64,000 bases of DNA from an uncultured Eubacteriaceae bacterium (GTDB lineage Bacteria; Bacillota; Clostridia; Lachnospirales; CAG-274): the NCBI GenBank assembly GCA_947167715.1, contig CAMVJD010000007.1:12881-76880 (forward strand), written 5' to 3'. Below the pieces are notes generated by a model. It was not told the origin of the DNA. It did not search any database and saw only the letters and a list, made by a program, of their open reading frames with translations. The stretch's first letter is position 1, and the number at the start of each line of letters is the position of its first letter. The position numbers were made by a program, and so were the translations under genes. Of this stretch, positions 18,147 through 27,887 are shown in pieces.

Positions 18147-18243
18147 ACAAAAAAGGAACATCGTATCCCGATAGGACGGTGTACCCCTTAGATGTAAGTT
18201 ATAAAATAACCGCGATCATTGGGGAATGGGCGGTTATTTTTTT
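18147..18243 (+). ncRNA. Candidate ~95-nt sRNA (possible type I antitoxin), ending at a shared terminator
   Basis: It is bounded by the promoter above and by hairpin AAATAACCGC...GCGGTTATTT (18204-18239) plus a T-run. It has no RBS or ORF. Its 3-prime end overlaps the stop codon of the convergent 33-aa ORF. Confidence 0.4.
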
Positions 18244-18335
18244 GTGTCTTTTTCGTGTCTTCCAAATCTGTAGCCAAGTTCAAAAAACGCAAGACAAAGG
18301 CTTGCAAGACCCATCAGCTGTTCGATAGTAAGCAT
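18234..18335 (-). CDS. 33-aa hydrophobic peptide: candidate type I toxin (or an azlCD leader peptide)
   Basis: Not in the ORF track. GGGGG lies 8 nt upstream of the ATG at 18335. Product MLTIEQLMGLASLCLAFFELGYRFGRHEKDTKK. The TAA stop at 18236-18234 lies inside the terminator stem. Confidence 0.45.
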   Translation of the reverse strand: MLTIEQLMGLASLCLAFFELGYRFGRHEKDTKK

Positions 18336-18526
18336 AAAACACACCCCCTTTACACCGGAATTATATGTAATCGGTTCCAAGTAAAGGGGTCACCGTCCCG
18401 GCAGTCCCTGCATATTATACGCTTGGGCTGTTTAACCGTTTTTTCGTTCAACAATGTTCCCGCGCTTATATTAGCACAAAATCCCTCAAAAGTCCATAAA
18501 AATATTATTTCCGTTTTATTACAGTT

Positions 18527-19384
18527 TTATCGTGCCTCGACAACAACCAATTCGGGGCGGTTAAATACACGCGGCATGGTATTTCTGCAAAGGCCGCGGC
18601 TCACTATCATTTTATGGCTCGGGAAATCATATTCTCCGCCCGCATAATCGGGGAACAAGCCTTGGTTTGGCGCATAAAGCCCGTTTAAAATATAGGGTAT
18701 CCGCACCTGTCCGCCGTGGGCGTGGCCGCAAAGCGAAATATCAAAGCTTGAATTTTTGTAGTAGTCCGCACCGTCCGGGCGGTGGGTCAAAAGTATGTTA
18801 AGCGCGGTTTTGTCCACATCCGCATTAAGCGTCTCAAGCGCCTCCGCCCAATGCTCATTTATGCCGTAGGTGCCGAAATATTCGGGGTCCTCAAGGCCGT
18901 AAAGCGTAATTTTCTTGCCGTTTATCTCAATATTTCTTTTCTCGTTTACAAGCACATCAACGCCATACAGTCGTATTTTTTCCTTTATATCGCCTGCCTC
19001 ACCCGACCAGTATTCGTGATTGCCCGTCACATAATAGCAGGGATAGCGGCTGCCTATATTTTCAAGCAGCGCCCACGTCCGCTCGTGCGGGACCTTGTCG
19101 TCACAGATATCTCCGCCAAGCAGAACGATCTCGGGCGAAATTTTATCTATTTGGGATATAAGCTCGCTCCCGCCCGCACCGTAGTACGAGCTGTGAAAGT
19201 CCGTTATAAGCAAAATTTTCGTAAACTCCGCATTTTTGCCCGTGTCAACGGTGTATGTACGCACAGCGATATCCCAACGGCAAGCTATTATTGCAAGAAT
19301 AATTATTAAAATAAGAGTGATGTTTGCACGGCGTTTAAGTCGCTTGTAACCGCCGCTTTCTTTGTCCTTTTTCATTTTTCGCAT
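18527..19384 (-). CDS. Membrane-anchored metallophosphoesterase (calcineurin-like)
   Basis: N-terminal TM helix. Motifs TDFHS, GGDICDD, GNHEYW, LTHRP, CGHAHGGQ. Confidence 0.85.
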   Translation of the reverse strand: MRKMKKDKESGGYKRLKRRANITLILIIILAIIACRWDIAVRTYTVDTGKNAEFTKILLITDFHSSYYGAGGSELISQIDKISPEIVLLGGDICDDKVPHERTWALLENIGSRYPCYYVTGNHEYWSGEAGDIKEKIRLYGVDVLVNEKRNIEINGKKITLYGLEDPEYFGTYGINEHWAEALETLNADVDKTALNILLTHRPDGADYYKNSSFDISLCGHAHGGQVRIPYILNGLYAPNQGLFPDYAGGEYDFPSHKMIVSRGLCRNTMPRVFNRPELVVVEAR

Positions 19385-19755
19385 ATTCCTTTAAGCCATC
19401 CGCACAATAAACCGCCGATAAATGCAGGAAAAAACGTTATTATATAAATAATTACGCTCATATATAACGCGGCAAAAAAAAGCGTACCCGATAAGCCGTC
19501 CGAAAAAACGGTACCGAGTTGCCAAACAAGCATACACGCAATCGGCAAAAACGGCATAAGCCATAACTTTTCCCACTCGTCCATAATGCTGAACCCCACA
19601 CCGCAAATAATCGAAGATGCCGCCAAGATCACGGGCATAATGATAATAATGTAACCAAGCTCGTCAAATATAAGCGGTAATATGTCTATTGTAAGAAACG
19701 ACAGTATAAGATACACAAATAACAGTATAAATACGCGAGTTTTGTTTTTTCGCAT
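19372..19755 (-). CDS. Small polytopic membrane protein, unknown function
   Basis: 127 aa with four predicted hydrophobic helices. It overlaps the downstream gene by 13 nt. Confidence 0.55.
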   Translation of the reverse strand: MRKNKTRVFILLFVYLILSFLTIDILPLIFDELGYIIIIMPVILAASSIICGVGFSIMDEWEKLWLMPFLPIACMLVWQLGTVFSDGLSGTLFFAALYMSVIIYIITFFPAFIGGLLCGWLKGICEK

Positions 19756-19830
19756 ATATAAGCCTCCTGTGCGGGTGAATTTTTTATTTGGCAGGGTGTT
19801 AACACAGGCGTTATCCCCGCCAAATTGAAA

Positions 19831-20409
19831 TTATCCTTCATCCCCAAGTGACGGCGGGCGCCACATTGTCCGTTTTTCCTTATAATCAAACCAAAGCTCC
19901 GGGCCACCAAGCGAATCCACCTGAGAGCGGGTCACTATCCTGAATATCCTTTCCACATACATTGCAAGGAACAGAATTGTCGCGGTGTCATTTTCAATTT
20001 TTCCGTCATAAAAAATTTCGTAAGGCTTATCGGCAAAATATTGTCCTACCGCAAACCGCACATCATTTCTCATAATAGAAAACATCTTCTTTTTATGATA
20101 GGATATTTCATATACAACATCGTTGATTTGTATAAAAAACTCCCTTGATTTAAGATCTGCCGACCCAACCTTTTCCCCGTTTTTGTAAATCGTTTGGGGC
20201 AGGCCGAAAAAATTTTGGCAAAATGTGGCGCTTGTGCTGTAGACAAGTATTTTCTCCCCGCCATCGGTCTTATATACCAGCCTTGCGCGGTCAGGAAAGC
20301 CCGTAAAGCTGTCATTTCCTATGGGTTCGTACCCGACATATCCGTCATTACCCACTATTAAATATTGATGATATTTTTTGTGAATAGTATGAGAAACCGT
20401 AAATTTCAT
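19831..20409 (-). CDS. Hypothetical protein (about 192 aa), unknown function
   Basis: GGGAGGAG lies 7 nt upstream of the ATG at 20409 (MKFTVSH...); the ORF track starts at 20466. No motif was recognised. Confidence 0.5.
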   Translation of the reverse strand: MKFTVSHTIHKKYHQYLIVGNDGYVGYEPIGNDSFTGFPDRARLVYKTDGGEKILVYSTSATFCQNFFGLPQTIYKNGEKVGSADLKSREFFIQINDVVYEISYHKKKMFSIMRNDVRFAVGQYFADKPYEIFYDGKIENDTATILFLAMYVERIFRIVTRSQVDSLGGPELWFDYKEKRTMWRPPSLGDEG

Positions 20410-20483
20410 ATTAATGCTCCTCCCGCGCTTGACGTCGCCTTTTTGTGCGCGGGAATCGCTGTACACGCTGCGCTTGACGTCGC

Positions 20484-22292
20484 CTACTCCTCATCCAGCT
20501 TCAGAACGCTCATAAATGCGGACTGCGGCACCTCTATGCTGCCGATCTGGCGCATACGTTTTTTACCCTCTTTCTGCTTTTCAAGCAGTTTTTTCTTACG
20601 GGTTATATCGCCGCCGTAGCACTTTGCAAGCACGTCCTTACGCACGGCCGAAATTGTTTCTCTTGCGATAATTTTATTCCCGATAGCGGCCTGAATGGGT
20701 ATCTCAAACTGGTGTCTGGGTATTTCCTTTTTAAGCTTTTCGGCCATTTTTCTGCCCTTATCGGCGGCCGAGCTTTCGTGTACAATAAACGAAAGGGCAT
20801 CCACCACCTCGCGGTTTACCATCATATCCAGCTTGACAAGCTTTGATGCCTCGTAGCCCTTTAACTCATAATCAAAGGATGCATAGCCGCGTGTTCTGGA
20901 TTTTAAAACATCAAAAAAGTCGTAAATTATCTCGTTAAGGGGCAGATCATAGGTCAGCACCGCCCTTGTTTCCTCCAAATATTCCATACCGACATATTCG
21001 CCGCGGCGCTGCTGGCACAGCTCCATAACGGTGCCGATATACTCGCTTGGCAGGATAATTTCCGCCTTTACGATAGGCTCCTCCATTTTGACGATAGTAG
21101 TCACATCGGGCAGGTCGGAGGGGTTTGAAAGGTCGATACACTCGCCGTTTGTAAGATATACCTTGTAAATAACGCTGGGCGCGGTGGTAACAAGGTCCAG
21201 GTCAAACTCTCTTTCAAGGCGCTCCTGAACTATTTCAAGGTGCAAAAGACCCAAGAATCCGCAGCGGAAACCAAAGCCCAGCGCCACCGAGGTCTCCGCC
21301 TCAAAATTAAGGGCGGCATCGTTAAGCTGCAATTTTTCAAGTGCATCGCGCAGATCCTGATATTTACTGCCGTCTGCGGGGAAAATACCGCAGTACACCA
21401 TACTGTTTACCTTTTTATAGCCCGGAAGCGGCTTGTCAACGGGGTTTGCCGCATCGGTCACGGTATCGCCTATCTGCGTATCACGCACATTTTTAATGCT
21501 TGCGGTAAGATAACCTACATCGCCCGCCATAAGGCTTTCCGTAGGGATATAGCGGCCGGGGCCGAATACGCCCACCTCGACTACCTCAAATTCCTTGCCC
21601 GTAGCCATAAAGCGCACCCTTGTGCCTTTTTTCAGCGTACCGTCAAAAACGCGCATAAAAACTATAACGCCCTTGTAGCTGTCGTAAAAGCTGTCGAAAA
21701 TAAGCGCCTTAAGCGGTGCGTTTTCATCGCCCGTGGGCGCGGGAATATTTTTTATAACGCCCTCGAAAACATCGTCTATATTTATATCCGCCTTTGCGGA
21801 GATAAGCGGCGCATTTTCGCAGTCAAGGCCTATAATATCCTCAATTTCCTTTTTAACGCGGTCGGGCTCTGCGCTGGGCAGATCTATTTTATTAATAACG
21901 GGCATTACCTCCAGATCGTTGTCAAGTGCAAGATACACGTTTGCAAGTGTCTGCGCCTCAACGCCCTGCGCCGCATCAACAACAAGCACCGCACCGTCAC
22001 AGGCTGCAAGGGAGCGGGATACCTCGTAATTAAAATCGACATGGCCGGGGGTATCTATCAAATTAAAAATATACTCCTCGCCGTCCGCACCCTTATGGAT
22101 AAGGCGCACCGCCTGGGATTTTATGGTAATACCCCTTTCGCGCTCCAGATCCATATTGTCAAGCACCTGCTCCTGCATCTCGCGCTCGGTCAGAAGACCC
22201 GTTTTTTGTATAAGCCTGTCCGCCAGCGTGGATTTGCCGTGGTCGATATGTGCTATTATACTGAAATTTCTTATGTGTGACTGTCTGTTCAA
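20484..22292 (-). CDS. lepA: Translation elongation factor 4
   Basis: [33 protein letters not shown], and a conserved LepA C-terminus ...[18 protein letters not shown]. Apparent TTG start with an AAGGAG RBS. Confidence 0.95.
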   Translation of the reverse strand: MNRQSHIRNFSIIAHIDHGKSTLADRLIQKTGLLTEREMQEQVLDNMDLERERGITIKSQAVRLIHKGADGEEYIFNLIDTPGHVDFNYEVSRSLAACDGAVLVVDAAQGVEAQTLANVYLALDNDLEVMPVINKIDLPSAEPDRVKKEIEDIIGLDCENAPLISAKADINIDDVFEGVIKNIPAPTGDENAPLKALIFDSFYDSYKGVIVFMRVFDGTLKKGTRVRFMATGKEFEVVEVGVFGPGRYIPTESLMAGDVGYLTASIKNVRDTQIGDTVTDAANPVDKPLPGYKKVNSMVYCGIFPADGSKYQDLRDALEKLQLNDAALNFEAETSVALGFGFRCGFLGLLHLEIVQERLEREFDLDLVTTAPSVIYKVYLTNGECIDLSNPSDLPDVTTIVKMEEPIVKAEIILPSEYIGTVMELCQQRRGEYVGMEYLEETRAVLTYDLPLNEIIYDFFDVLKSRTRGYASFDYELKGYEASKLVKLDMMVNREVVDALSFIVHESSAADKGRKMAEKLKKEIPRHQFEIPIQAAIGNKIIARETISAVRKDVLAKCYGGDITRKKKLLEKQKEGKKRMRQIGSIEVPQSAFMSVLKLDEE

Positions 22293-22307
22293 AGTTAAAT
22301 TCTCCTT

Positions 22308-24251
22308 TTATGATGTACGGCCCTCTTTTGCGCCGAATGACAGATAATGGAAATAATAAAGCTGCCAATCGCTGCCGAAAGCCCTTTGCAGGTCGCCGTA
22401 TTTTGCCTTGTAGGTCTTTACATCAAAGCTGTCGTTAGCCTTGCGGCCCTCTTTCATGCCGTAGTTTATAAAATGCTGCAAAACGGCATCCTTATCATCG
22501 CCGTAGGCATTGTAAACATCCTTATATCTTGAAATATAATAATCATAGTCGAAAACAAGGCTGTAGTCAAGCTTGTTTTCGTCGGCATCGCGCCCCTCTT
22601 TAACGCCGTTTACAAGGTAGTGCATATAATATTTTTGCATATCGTCACCGTAAACATTGCGTACATCGGTGTATTTTGCGCGGTAAAGTGCGGGGTCAAA
22701 GCTTGCGCTGCCCTGTCTGCCCTCTTTCATGCCGTAGTCTAAAAAGTGCATAAAAAGCGTGGTTTCTTCCCAGCCCTTTGCTTTTACCACATCGCCGTTT
22801 TTCTGTGCATAATAGCTGCTGTCAAATATAAGTGAGTAGTCCTTGCCGCCCTGCTTGTATATTACTGTGCTTGCATAGCGCCGCTCTTTTTTTCCATATT
22901 TTATATAATGTATATAATACTTTTGCCAATCGTTGCCGTAGGCTTTCTGCAAATCGGAATAGTTAAAGCGGTATACCTGCGGTATAAAATACTGATTTCC
23001 GCGGCGGCCACCCTTTGTGCCGTATTTTACAAAATGTTCAAATACCGCAAGCTCGTCATCCCCGAATGCACGCCTGACATCGGCGTAGGCGCTGCTGTAA
23101 TAATTGTAATCGTATACATCGGAATAGTCTATCCCGTTTCTGATATAAAATCTTCGAGATCCCTGTCTGCCCTCTCTATGGCCGTATTCAAGATAGTGCG
23201 TATAATACGGTCTCGGCTCGTCGCCGTAGGCATTATTAAGGTCGGGATAGTTAAAGCGGTAGACTTCCCAATTAAAGTTTGGTGATGCCTCGCGGCCCTC
23301 GTCCATACCCGTGTTTAAAAAATGTCCGAACGCGCCGCCTCTGTCTTTTTGATATACCTCACGCACATCGCTGTTGTGCAAAAGATAATAGCTTGCATCA
23401 AAAATATCCGAGTAGTCATAGCCGCCCACTTTTCCTGCGGTATCTTCCTTGTACTCCACATATTTTGTCTGTCGTTTCTGTCCGCAGGTTATTTGGCTTT
23501 CGTGGGTATCATAGGAAAACATCTGCACCCAATAATATTGGCCGTCAACGTAAGCGCAGCCGATACCAACGGCCTTTATCTCGCGCGAAAGTATATTGCC
23601 GCGGTGTCCCGTTGACTGCATCCAGCCGTCATAAAATACATCTTCGGCGCTCCTGTAGCCCATAGCGATATTTTCGCTCACATACCTTGTCCGGTAATCA
23701 TCGGGCAAAATTGAAAAGCAGCTTTCGCCGTTTGGCCTTGTGTGCGAATACATTACCGCAAGCTCCGCCGCCCTTGTCATAGCGCACTGTGTAAGCCGCT
23801 CGTCAAGCACAAGCGGGTCTGCGCCCACCAATTCACGTTCCTCGTTTATATAGTCAAAAATAACATAGGTATCGTCATAGTCAAAAACGCCGTTTACGGG
23901 TGCATACTTATATATGCCCTCATCATAGGCCGACAGCTCCGCGCCGCATTCGGCAGATATGGGAACGGATATATCGCCGCCGTTTTCGGACGGTTCGGCC
24001 TGCTCCGCAATATCCTCAACGTCCTCTTCCGTGGTCTCTTCCGTGGTTTCCTCCGTAGTTTCTTCCGTCGTTTCTTCCGCGGTTTCTTCGGTCATATCCT
24101 CGGTCATATCTTCCGTTGATGTTTCAATTTCTTCTGTTGTGTCCTCGGTCAAAAGCTCCGTTACGGCGGTATTTTCCTCGGTTTGCGGTATATCGGCAAA
24201 AACCGTCTGTGTCATAGCGATACAAAGCGAAAATGCCAAAAATCTTTTCAT
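22308..24251 (-). CDS. Secreted CAP/SCP (PR-1-like) domain protein with an acidic TEE-repeat N-terminal region and eight C-terminal Y/G-rich half-repeats
   Basis: Signal peptide present, then (ETTE)n. The CAP core is RAAELAV..HTRPNG...ENIAMGY...W..S.GHRGNIL. This is followed by 8 copies of Y..YxDL..AYG.D...YY.HY..YG..EGR. Confidence 0.75.
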   Translation of the reverse strand: MKRFLAFSLCIAMTQTVFADIPQTEENTAVTELLTEDTTEEIETSTEDMTEDMTEETAEETTEETTEETTEETTEEDVEDIAEQAEPSENGGDISVPISAECGAELSAYDEGIYKYAPVNGVFDYDDTYVIFDYINEERELVGADPLVLDERLTQCAMTRAAELAVMYSHTRPNGESCFSILPDDYRTRYVSENIAMGYRSAEDVFYDGWMQSTGHRGNILSREIKAVGIGCAYVDGQYYWVQMFSYDTHESQITCGQKRQTKYVEYKEDTAGKVGGYDYSDIFDASYYLLHNSDVREVYQKDRGGAFGHFLNTGMDEGREASPNFNWEVYRFNYPDLNNAYGDEPRPYYTHYLEYGHREGRQGSRRFYIRNGIDYSDVYDYNYYSSAYADVRRAFGDDELAVFEHFVKYGTKGGRRGNQYFIPQVYRFNYSDLQKAYGNDWQKYYIHYIKYGKKERRYASTVIYKQGGKDYSLIFDSSYYAQKNGDVVKAKGWEETTLFMHFLDYGMKEGRQGSASFDPALYRAKYTDVRNVYGDDMQKYYMHYLVNGVKEGRDADENKLDYSLVFDYDYYISRYKDVYNAYGDDKDAVLQHFINYGMKEGRKANDSFDVKTYKAKYGDLQRAFGSDWQLYYFHYLSFGAKEGRTS

Positions 24252-24277
24252 GCAAAACAGCTCCTTTCAAAGTATTT

Positions 24278-25162
24278 TCAATCAATATTTATCAGCTCGT
24301 AATCCTTTGTGCCAAAGCCAAGCTCCGCCGCATAATCAATGGTAAGCATACCCTTGCGGCTGTTTACACGCTCCATAAAATGCTCCTTGCCGGGGTCGTC
24401 GGAATTTTTTACCATATCTATGCACGCCTGATCGAGTGCCACGGGGTCAAGCGAGGACAAAATGCCTATATCCTTCATACAGGGATCCTCGGCAACGGCA
24501 CAGCAGTCGCAGTCCACCGACAGATTGCAAGCCATGCTTACAAAAGCAATTTTATTTTTAAAATGCTCGCATACGCTCTCCGCCGCATCCGCCATAGATG
24601 CACAGAAGATCTCCTGCGGCGGGACATTGTCCCAAATTATATTCTGGTCGTCCACCTTGCCGCCCGAATGGATAAGGCATTTGCCCGCCGTGGATGCACA
24701 GCCTATTGAAAGCTGCTTTAACGCACCGCCGAAGCCGCCCATAGGGTGACCCTTAAAATGCGACAAAACCAGCATAGAATCATAATTTAAGATATTTTTG
24801 CCCAGTACGTTTTTCTTCAAGACCCTGCCGTTTGGGATAGGCCACTCGATATCGGGACCCTCGGCATCCATAATATCCACGTCAAAATACTTTGTCCAGC
24901 CGTGATCCGCCATAAGCTTTATATGCTTGTCGGTATGGTTGCGGGCGCCCTCGTAGGCCGTGTTGCACTCGACAATGGTGCCGTTCACATACTCCACCAT
25001 GGGGCGCATAAATTCGGGGTGCAGATAGTTTTGATTACCCGCCTCGCCGGAATGTACCTTGACTGCCACCCTGCCCGTAAGCTCGGTGCCAAGCGCCTTG
25101 TACATTTTTATGACCGCCTCGGGAGTAAGCTCCTTTGTGAAGTAGACCTTTGATTTTAACAT
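24278..25162 (-). CDS. DUF362 domain protein
   Basis: MLKSKVYFTKE..., HFKGHPMGGFGGALKQLSIGC, and a Cys-rich CNLSVDCDCC segment, as I recall for DUF362-family proteins. Confidence 0.7.
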   Translation of the reverse strand: MLKSKVYFTKELTPEAVIKMYKALGTELTGRVAVKVHSGEAGNQNYLHPEFMRPMVEYVNGTIVECNTAYEGARNHTDKHIKLMADHGWTKYFDVDIMDAEGPDIEWPIPNGRVLKKNVLGKNILNYDSMLVLSHFKGHPMGGFGGALKQLSIGCASTAGKCLIHSGGKVDDQNIIWDNVPPQEIFCASMADAAESVCEHFKNKIAFVSMACNLSVDCDCCAVAEDPCMKDIGILSSLDPVALDQACIDMVKNSDDPGKEHFMERVNSRKGMLTIDYAAELGFGTKDYELINID

Positions 25163-25182
25163 AATGATTCTCCTTTCCGGGT

Positions 25183-26271
25183 TTATTGATATTCGGCTAT
25201 ATCTATGGACTTTATTACCACGTCCTCAAGCGGTTTATCCGCCTCATTGGTTTTAACCGCCGCAATTTTATCCACGGTGTCCATACCTGCATAAACCTGA
25301 CCGAAAACGGTATAATCCATATCAAGGTAGGGGCAGCCGCCGTTATTTTCATATTCGCTTATAAGCTCGTCGGGGTAGGCATCGCCGTAGGTAACTGCCG
25401 TGCCGTCCTCGTCACGGTAGTAGGTCTCGTCCTTCATGCCTTTCAGCATTTCAAGCGCCTGTCTTGCATCACCGCCTATATCCTTACACTGAACAATATA
25501 AAATTGACTGCCGTTTGTATCGGGGCCTGCATTTGCCATACACAGAGCGCCGCGGAAATTACGAAGCTCAAAATTCACCTCGTTTTCAAAATCCTTGCCC
25601 CAGATGCTTTCGCCGCCCATACCCGTGCCTGTCGGGTCGCCGCCTTGTATCATAAAATCATTTATAACGCGGTGGAAGATAACACCGTTGTAATAGCCGT
25701 TTTTAGCGTGGGTAACAAAGTTTTCCACCGCCTTTGGCGCATACTGCGGGTAAAGCACGACACTTATATCGCCCATATTGGTGTGTATAGTCGCAGCAGT
25801 ATCGCCCTTTTTCGGCGCGGAAAGCTGCGGAAGCTCCAGCTTGCTGTCCTTTTTCACTATCTCCGCCGTTTTTGTTTCGCTGTTCCAGCTTACATTTGCG
25901 CCTATGGCCTCGGACACGGCGCGCAGGGGTATATAAAAATGCCCGTCTATTATCTGCTGCGGCACATCGGGCTGAACCAGATTGTTTTCGCCCGTGCGGG
26001 TGTTAAGGCAGTAAAAGCCCTTTTCGCCGCTTTTTATATCTATGGAAAAGCCCGCGCCCTTAAAGCTTGCGGTCTTTGTTTCGTTTGTCCATTCCACGGT
26101 AAAGCCCAGCTTTTCAAAAACGCCGCGCACGGGCACAAGTGTTCTGCCGTCAACTATCACCGCATCCGAGTCTATCGGACTGCCGTTTACCGTTATATTT
26201 GCCGTTGTTGCCGCATTTGCCGCACACGACATTGCCATTGTAAATAAAACCGTTAAAATCGCCTTTTTCAT
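25183..26271 (-). CDS. Secreted cyclophilin-type peptidyl-prolyl isomerase fused to a copper-amine-oxidase-N-terminal-like 'stalk' domain
   Basis: Signal peptide present. Stalk motifs are [17 protein letters not shown] and [17 protein letters not shown]. The cyclophilin core is [27 protein letters not shown]. Confidence 0.9.
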   Translation of the reverse strand: MKKAILTVLFTMAMSCAANAATTANITVNGSPIDSDAVIVDGRTLVPVRGVFEKLGFTVEWTNETKTASFKGAGFSIDIKSGEKGFYCLNTRTGENNLVQPDVPQQIIDGHFYIPLRAVSEAIGANVSWNSETKTAEIVKKDSKLELPQLSAPKKGDTAATIHTNMGDISVVLYPQYAPKAVENFVTHAKNGYYNGVIFHRVINDFMIQGGDPTGTGMGGESIWGKDFENEVNFELRNFRGALCMANAGPDTNGSQFYIVQCKDIGGDARQALEMLKGMKDETYYRDEDGTAVTYGDAYPDELISEYENNGGCPYLDMDYTVFGQVYAGMDTVDKIAAVKTNEADKPLEDVVIKSIDIAEYQ

Positions 26272-26273
26272 TT

Positions 26274-27116
26274 TTATTCTCCCTTTATTATGCTGTAGAC
26301 CTCGCGCTTGCCTATCCCTCTGTCCTTTGCGACAGCCTTCATAGCGCTTTTTTCGTCCATACCCTTATCAATATACATTTTAAAATGCTGCTCTATAGTC
26401 ATTTGGGCGGCCTCGGCCTGTTTTTCCTCTTCTATATCGCGATACTCGCGCCCCTCTATAACTATAACAAATTCGCCCTTTGGCTCGTTTTGCTCGTAAT
26501 AGGCCGCAAGCTCATCAAGGGGCAGCTTATTGACATTTTCGTAGCGCTTTGTCAGCTCCTTTACACAGGCCGCAGGACGGCTGCCCAGGGTGTCGACAAG
26601 CTCTTTCAGGGTGTTTTTAAGGTGGTGGGGCGCCTCGTACAAAATAATGGTGGCGGTTTGATTTTTAAGCCCCTCCAGAACCTGTTTTCTTGCGTTTTTC
26701 CCGCTTGGAAGAAAGCCCTCAAAAACATAGCTGCGGCTTGAAAGCCCGCTTAAGACCAGCGCCGTTACCGCCGCCGTTGCCCCCGGCACCACCGTAACGG
26801 GGACGCCGTTTTCGTGGCAAAGCCTTATCATATCCTCGCCGGGGTCGGAAATTCCGGGCATACCCGCATCCGTCACAAGCGCAATATTTTTCCCCTCCAA
26901 AAGCCGAGCCAAAAGCTTAGGGCCCTTTTCGGCCTTGTTATGCTCGTGATAGCTTGTCAGGGGCGTTTTTATGTCGTAGTGATTTAAAAGCTTAACGCTT
27001 TGCCGCGTGTCCTCGGCAGCGATAAGGTCACATTCCTTTAAGGTGCGCAGACAGCGCAGAGTTATGTCCTCGATATTGCCGATAGGCGTACCGCAGATAA
27101 ATAAAGTTCCCGTCAT
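26274..27116 (-). CDS. rsmI: 16S rRNA (cytidine1402-2'-O)-methyltransferase
   Basis: [17 protein letters not shown]...IAAEDTR...[14 protein letters not shown]. The context matches Bacillus yabB-yabC. Confidence 0.9.
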   Translation of the reverse strand: MTGTLFICGTPIGNIEDITLRCLRTLKECDLIAAEDTRQSVKLLNHYDIKTPLTSYHEHNKAEKGPKLLARLLEGKNIALVTDAGMPGISDPGEDMIRLCHENGVPVTVVPGATAAVTALVLSGLSSRSYVFEGFLPSGKNARKQVLEGLKNQTATIILYEAPHHLKNTLKELVDTLGSRPAACVKELTKRYENVNKLPLDELAAYYEQNEPKGEFVIVIEGREYRDIEEEKQAEAAQMTIEQHFKMYIDKGMDEKSAMKAVAKDRGIGKREVYSIIKGE

Positions 27117-27126
27117 TGTTCTTTCC

Positions 27127-27867
27127 TTAATTATAGAATATATCGTTTACCTCTTTTGTATACACATTGCCCGCAGCGTAGATTATCATTGGCTGCAGCA
27201 CTTCAAGATGCGGCTTGCCGTCCTTTGCAAACTCGATAAGCACCATTGACGGGGGCTTATCTATATAGGCGTGTACAAAGCGCATTACCTTGGGTTCAAG
27301 GTGATGCCTGCGGCTGTATTCAAAAATATCGCAAAGGCGGTTAGCGCGGTGCACCATATAAAGCCTGCCGCCGTATTTAAGCATTTTTGCCGCCGCCGCA
27401 AAAACATCGTTAAGGTCGCACTTTATCTCATGCCGCGCTACGGCCTTGCCGTCGGTATCGTTTACCGCGCCGCTGCCTGCCTTTATATACGGCGGATTAC
27501 AGGTAACAACATCAAAAAGATGCTTGTTGTAAATTTTATCAATATTCTTCAGGTCGCAGCATTCCATAAAAATTTTGTCCTGCTGGTTATTGTATTGTAT
27601 GCTGCGCTTTGCCATATCCACATTGTCGGGCTGTATCTCAACGCCGACAAACTGCTCGCACTCGGTCTTGCCCTCCATTAAAATGGGAACAACTCCGTTG
27701 CCCGAGCAAATGTCCATCACCAACTCCTTTGGCCCTGCCTTTGCAAAGCCCGATAAAAGCACCGCATCAAGCCCAAAGCAAAATTTTTTGGGGTCTTGTA
27801 TCAGCATATACCCGTTACGGTGCAGATCGTCAAGTCTTTCTCCTTTTTTTACCAGTTCCTCTTTCAT
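27127..27867 (-). CDS. SAM-dependent N6-adenine methyltransferase, YabB/TrmN6-like
   Basis: DICSGNG (SAM motif I) and TCNPPY (motif IV). The start was moved to ATG 27867 with a GGGTGGA RBS; the ORF track uses TTG 27891. Confidence 0.75.
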   Translation of the reverse strand: MKEELVKKGERLDDLHRNGYMLIQDPKKFCFGLDAVLLSGFAKAGPKELVMDICSGNGVVPILMEGKTECEQFVGVEIQPDNVDMAKRSIQYNNQQDKIFMECCDLKNIDKIYNKHLFDVVTCNPPYIKAGSGAVNDTDGKAVARHEIKCDLNDVFAAAAKMLKYGGRLYMVHRANRLCDIFEYSRRHHLEPKVMRFVHAYIDKPPSMVLIEFAKDGKPHLEVLQPMIIYAAGNVYTKEVNDIFYN

Positions 27868-27887
27868 AATATCCACCCAAATTTTTA

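Noticed and set aside
18219-18647. 142-aa + strand ORF
   Set aside because: It starts inside the terminator hairpin, overlaps the end of the metallophosphoesterase gene, and has no RBS. The region is better explained by the convergent small ORF and sRNA unit.
21240-22280. 346-aa + strand ORF
   Set aside because: It lies entirely antisense to lepA, whose translation carries all the EF4 motifs. The product is low-complexity and Arg/Lys/Ile-rich with no RBS, so this is a shadow ORF.
25186-26247. 353-aa + strand ORF
   Set aside because: It is antisense to the cyclophilin/stalk-domain gene. It has no RBS and a composition typical of a reverse-frame artefact.
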